Below, piece by piece: positions 56,455 to 64,000 of a DNA stretch of 64,000 nucleotides (its first letter is position 1; each line of letters starts with the position of its first letter). The notes under the pieces are model-generated. The model was given only the letters and a program-made list of their open reading frames with translations. It had not been told where the DNA came from and did no database searches. The stretch spans positions 75,764,001-75,828,000 of the forward strand of contig OZ024744.1 of the NCBI GenBank assembly GCA_964016885.1. Reading direction: 5' to 3'. This DNA comes from Eledone cirrhosa. Lineage: Eukaryota. The translations under genes and the position numbers were made by a program.

Positions 56455-57735
56455 CTATTCCATACATAAATAAATACATACATACACAAATATATAAATA
56501 TATACATATATAGATACATACACACATATATAAATATATACATATATAGATACATAGATACATACTTCCATACATAAATATATAAATATATACATATATA
56601 GATACATAGATACATACTTCCATACACACATATATAAATATATACATATATAGATACATAGATACATACTTCCATACATAAATATATAAATATATAGACA
56701 CATATATAGATACATAGATACATACTTACATACATAAATATATAAATATATACATATATACATACTTCCATACACATATATAAATATATAGACACATATA
56801 TAGATACATATATACATACTTCCATACACACATATGTAAATATATACATATATAGATACATAGATACATACTTTCATACATAAATATATAAATATATACA
56901 TATATAGATACCTATATACATACTTCCATACATACATATATAAAAATATACATATATACATACTTCCTTACACACATATATAAATATATAGACACATATA
57001 TATAGATACATATATACATACTTCCATACATAAATATATAAATATATAGACACATTTATAGATACATAGATACATACTTCCATACATAAATATATAAATA
57101 TATAGACACATATATAGATAGATATATACACACTTCCATACATAAATATATAAATATATACATATATAGATACATATATACACACTTCCATACATAAATA
57201 TATAAATATATACATATATAGATACATAGATACATACTTCCATACATAAATATATAAATATATAGACACATATATAGATACATAGATACATACTTCCATA
57301 CACACATATATAAATATATACATATATACATACTTCCATACACATATATATAAATATATACATATATAGATACATAGATACATACTTCCATACATAAATA
57401 TATAAATATATAGACACATATATAGATACATAGATACATACTTCCATACACACATATATAAATATATACATATATACATACTTCCATACACACATATATA
57501 AATATATACATATATAGATACATATATACATACTTCCATACACATATATATAAATATATACATATATAGATACATAGATACATACTTCCATACATACATA
57601 TATATATATACATTCGTACAAACATTTACACACATACATACATATACCCACATGCATACATACCTGAATACATAGACAAATATATAAATATATACACATA
57701 TATATATATAGATACATAGATACATACTTCCGTAT
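56455..57735. repeat. ~50-bp TA-derived minisatellite
   Basis: catacttccatac...aaatatataaatatata...tagatacatagata recurs more than 20 times. Confidence 0.9.
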
Positions 57736-60564
<2,829 letters not shown>

Positions 60565-60712
60565 CCGGCAGTAAGCATAGTTAAAACTACGCCTACCACT
60601 ATTGTTCGTTGATCGTTGATCCAGGGATTGCTTTCAGTTGTCTGGTTTCATTCCTTGGATGAGCCAGTCACTGTTTTATTCCAACGTCTCATCCCAGAAA
60701 AGACAATCATAG

Positions 60713-62150
60713 GGTGGAGGTAACGGTGGTAGCTATGGGTGTGGCAGTGGTGGTGGTGGTGGTGGTGGTGGTGGTGGTGGTGGTGACGGTGGTAGCTACG
60801 GGTGTGGCAGTGGTGGTGGTGGTGGTGGTGGTGGTGGTGGCGGTGGTAGCTACGGGTGTGGCAGTGGTGGTGGTGGCGGTGGTGGTGGTGGTGGTGGCGG
60901 TGGTAGCTACGGGTGTGGCAGTTGTGGTGGTGGTGGTGGTATGATTGAGGTAACGGTGGTAGCTACGGGTGTGGCAGTTGTGGTGGTGGTGGCGGTGGTG
61001 GTGGTGGTGGTGGTGGTGGTGACGGTGGTAGCTACGGGTGTGGCAGTTGTGGTGGTGGTGGCGGTGGTGGTGGTGGTGGTGGTGGTGGTGACGGTGGTAG
61101 CTACGGGTGTGGCAGTAGTGGTGGTGGCAGTGGTGGTGGTGGTGGTGGTGGTGACGGTGGTAGCTACGGGTGTGGCAGTAGTGGTGGTGGTGGTGGTGGT
61201 GGTGGTGGTGGTGGTGGTGGTGGTGGTGGTTGTGGTAACGCTTGTAGCTACGGTTGTGGCAGTGGTGGTGGTTGTGATGGTGGCGGTGATGGTGGTGGTG
61301 GTGGTGGTAACGGTTGTAGCTACGGTTGTGGCAGTGGTGGTGGTGGTGGTGGTGGCGGTGATGGTGGTGGTGGTGGTGGTAACGGTTGTAGCTACGGTTG
61401 TGGCAGTGGTGGTGGTGGTGGTGGTGGCGGTGATGGTGGTGGTGGTGGTGGTAACGGTTGTAGCTACGGTTGTGGCAGTGGTGGTGGTGGTGGTGGTGGC
61501 GGTGATGGTGGTGGTGGTGGTGGTAACGGTTGTAGCTACGGTTGTGGCAGTGGTGGTGGTGGTGGTGGTGGCGGTGATGGTGGTGGTGGTGGTGGTAACG
61601 CTTGTAGCTACGGTTGTGGCAGTGGTGGTGGTTGTGATGGTGGCGGTGATGGTGGTGGTGGTGGTGGTAACGGTTGTAGCTACGGTTGTGGCAGTGGTGG
61701 TGGTGGTGGTGGTGGTGGTGGTGGTGGTGGTGGACGCGGTGGTGTTGGTCGTGGTGGTGGTAACGGTTGTGATGGTGGTTTGTGGTGGTGGTGGCGGTGG
61801 AGGTAACGGTTATTTCTGTGGTGGGTATGGTGGTGTTGGTGGTAGTTGTGGTGATGGTAGTGGTGGCGGTGATAGTGGTGATTATGTTGGTGGTTATGGT
61901 GGTAGCGATGATGTTGCTGGTGATGGTGGCGTTGATGTTGCTGGTGGTAGTGGTGGTGGTAATGGTGGTGTGAGTGGTAGGGGGGTATGTATGGTGGTGG
62001 TGGATGTGGTGATGGTGGTGGCGACGGCGGTGATGATGTTGGTGGTGGTGGTCGTGGTTTTGGTGTTGTTGTTGGTTGTGGTGGTGGCGGTGGTAGTGGT
62101 GGTGGTGGTGTTGTTTTTGGTGGTGGTGGTGGTGGTGGTGGTGGTGGTGT
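60713..62150. repeat. (GGT)n-based minisatellite with gtagctacgg(g/t)tgtggcag anchor
   Basis: Anchor recurs every ~57-63 bp between (GGT)n runs. Confidence 0.9.
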
Positions 62151-62285
62151 TAGGTTGGATTGCTAGTAACGGCCGGACACAGAAATATTTCTGAGAAAAT
62201 CTGAAAGTCGATCTTAATTTTACCGCTCTACCCCCTCCCCACTCCTTCCACCATACCATTTCATCACGCATCACTGGTTGTAACA

Positions 62286-62382
<97 letters not shown>

Positions 62383-62399
62383 GTGTTTCCCGTTTAGGA

Positions 62400-62990
62400 A
62401 TACTTGTGCATCCTCAACAATGGAACTTCCGTCTTCCCTTCCAGATATGCGCTAACCTATTTGCTAGCACCTTAGTCAAAATCTTAAACCCTGTTTTGGG
62501 CAGAAAGGCTGGGGACTATGGATAACTTTCAGAAATCTCTGGCTTGGCAGTGCTACCATAGGGTACTGATGGGTTGAGATAAACTCTATAAGCACGGAAC
62601 TATGGTCAGATGGACTCGTCAGATATGCGCATAGAGTAACAAAACCATTCTTCATGCACTCATCCAGTGTGCGTGCATTACTGATTTGTGAAAGAAATTC
62701 TCAATAATGTACCCATGTTCTCTTCTTTCCTCATCAGAACGAGGAATTATCCCGTTCTGCTGCCTGTTGCAGTAGGCAGCTGCGATGATGTATACGTATG
62801 ATCCGTAGGATGAACCACCCAAACGGAGCATCGTGCGCCTCCTACAGCTGCCAAGGGCATCCAGTATTACATCTACTGTTATCGGCGTTTCACTGCAAGT
62901 CCCATCTTCCGTCAAGAGTTGCTAGTAAGCCGCGATATAAGAAATACAGCGAGCCACCGACTCCATTCCTAAACACCGTTTGGCCTGATT
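62400..62990 (-). pseudogene. Highly decayed Tx1/L1 RT N-terminal fragment
   Basis: Minus strand reads CSETPIT..V..A..SC and FKILTKVLANR, similar to the LKMLAKVLAKRL segment at ~465-500. Confidence 0.5.
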
Positions 62991-63060
62991 AGTTTTACAA
63001 AGTACTGCTGGAAAACCACACAACAGTTTGGAATCAACAGCCAAAGAACGAATTAATAGT

Positions 63061-64000
63061 TTCTTTATTAGTCACTAGGGGCTACACATAGGGATAATAC
63101 AACAGACAGGGACAGTGGGAGTTTACAATTAAATCGATTAAAAACAAATTAACAAAAGAATTACAACAATGAAAATTTGCCAATAGGAGGGAGTACCACA
63201 CAGGGGCGACTCAGGTACCCCACAAATCCTGAAAAACCCGACGCCCCAAGAGCACCCGAGGAGGTTTCCGCTCTCCTCTTCAAATCAGCCAGTCTACAGG
63301 AACATGGTCAGAGTAGGCTCTTTCATTCGGGCCATCCTCGAAATATTCATCCACCTTTTAATAAATGTACTGGGGAGCATCCTCCCATTCTTTCCAAGTG
63401 AAACTTGAAAAAGTTAATGAGGGATTGGTCGAAGAAAAAAGTGTGTCTTCAGACCTGTCAATCTCGTCCACCACATAACCTCTTTCGCTACCGCCACCAG
63501 GCAGAGGAAAACTGCCTGTCCTCCCCGGCCAAGAGAAGGCAGCGGAGTGATCTTCACGGTGGAGCCGGTCGCTAGCCAGATGCGCCTTACAAGCGATAAC
63601 AGCTGTTCGTCAAAACTTCGCAAATCAGTATTGTACGCATACTAGACGAGTGCGTGTAGATCGGTTTTGTTGCTCTATGTGCATATTTGACAAGTCTGAC
63701 CACACTTCCGTGCTTATAGAGTTTATTTGAAACTGGCAGCACTGCTAAGCGAGGGATTTCTAGAAGTTGCCCATAATCCTCAGCTCGAAAGTTCTCCAGA
63801 AAAGACTGTTAAACTCGATTTTGTCGACGCCTTGAGCCTCCCCGAGTGTGTCGTCGCACTTGCCCACCACTAATCCTCTACAGAATTCTAGAGCGGAAGT
63901 TTCACTGACTGCATTACTCGACATGTAGAGGGATGTAGACGCTAGACCAAATTCCAGATGTTAAACGCCTAATCCCGGTTTTCGCTTATCCCGCCGCGAC
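63061..64000 (-). mobile_element. Decayed 3' part of a Tx1/L1 LINE related to 1-2560
   Basis: GQAVFLCLVAVAKEVMWWTRL matches GQAVFICLVAMAKEIVWWTRL; 3' end gactaataaagaa on the minus strand at ~63061. Confidence 0.85.

Overview
Repeat-dominated eukaryotic DNA with no recognisable host exon. The tRNA-derived SINEs and the dense (TA)n/(CA)n microsatellites suggest an octopod cephalopod, which is an inference. The window holds decayed Tx1/L1, RTE-X-like and R4-like LINE pieces, several Penelope-like (PLE) RT/GIY-YIG elements, SINEs and a hAT MITE. The main signal is RNA structure. A ~10 kb array of 32 x 312-bp units (37021-47014) carries a type I hammerhead ribozyme (HHR) motif in every unit and folds back on itself at ~45430. 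About a dozen further dispersed type I HHR motifs from several families sit in short fold-back elements inserted in (TA)n. The longest PLE copy has an upstream ORF joined to the RT frame by a correctly phased U-UUU-UUA -1 slippery site. Almost all listed ORFs in microsatellites are artefacts. All structures were folded by eye and none was computed.
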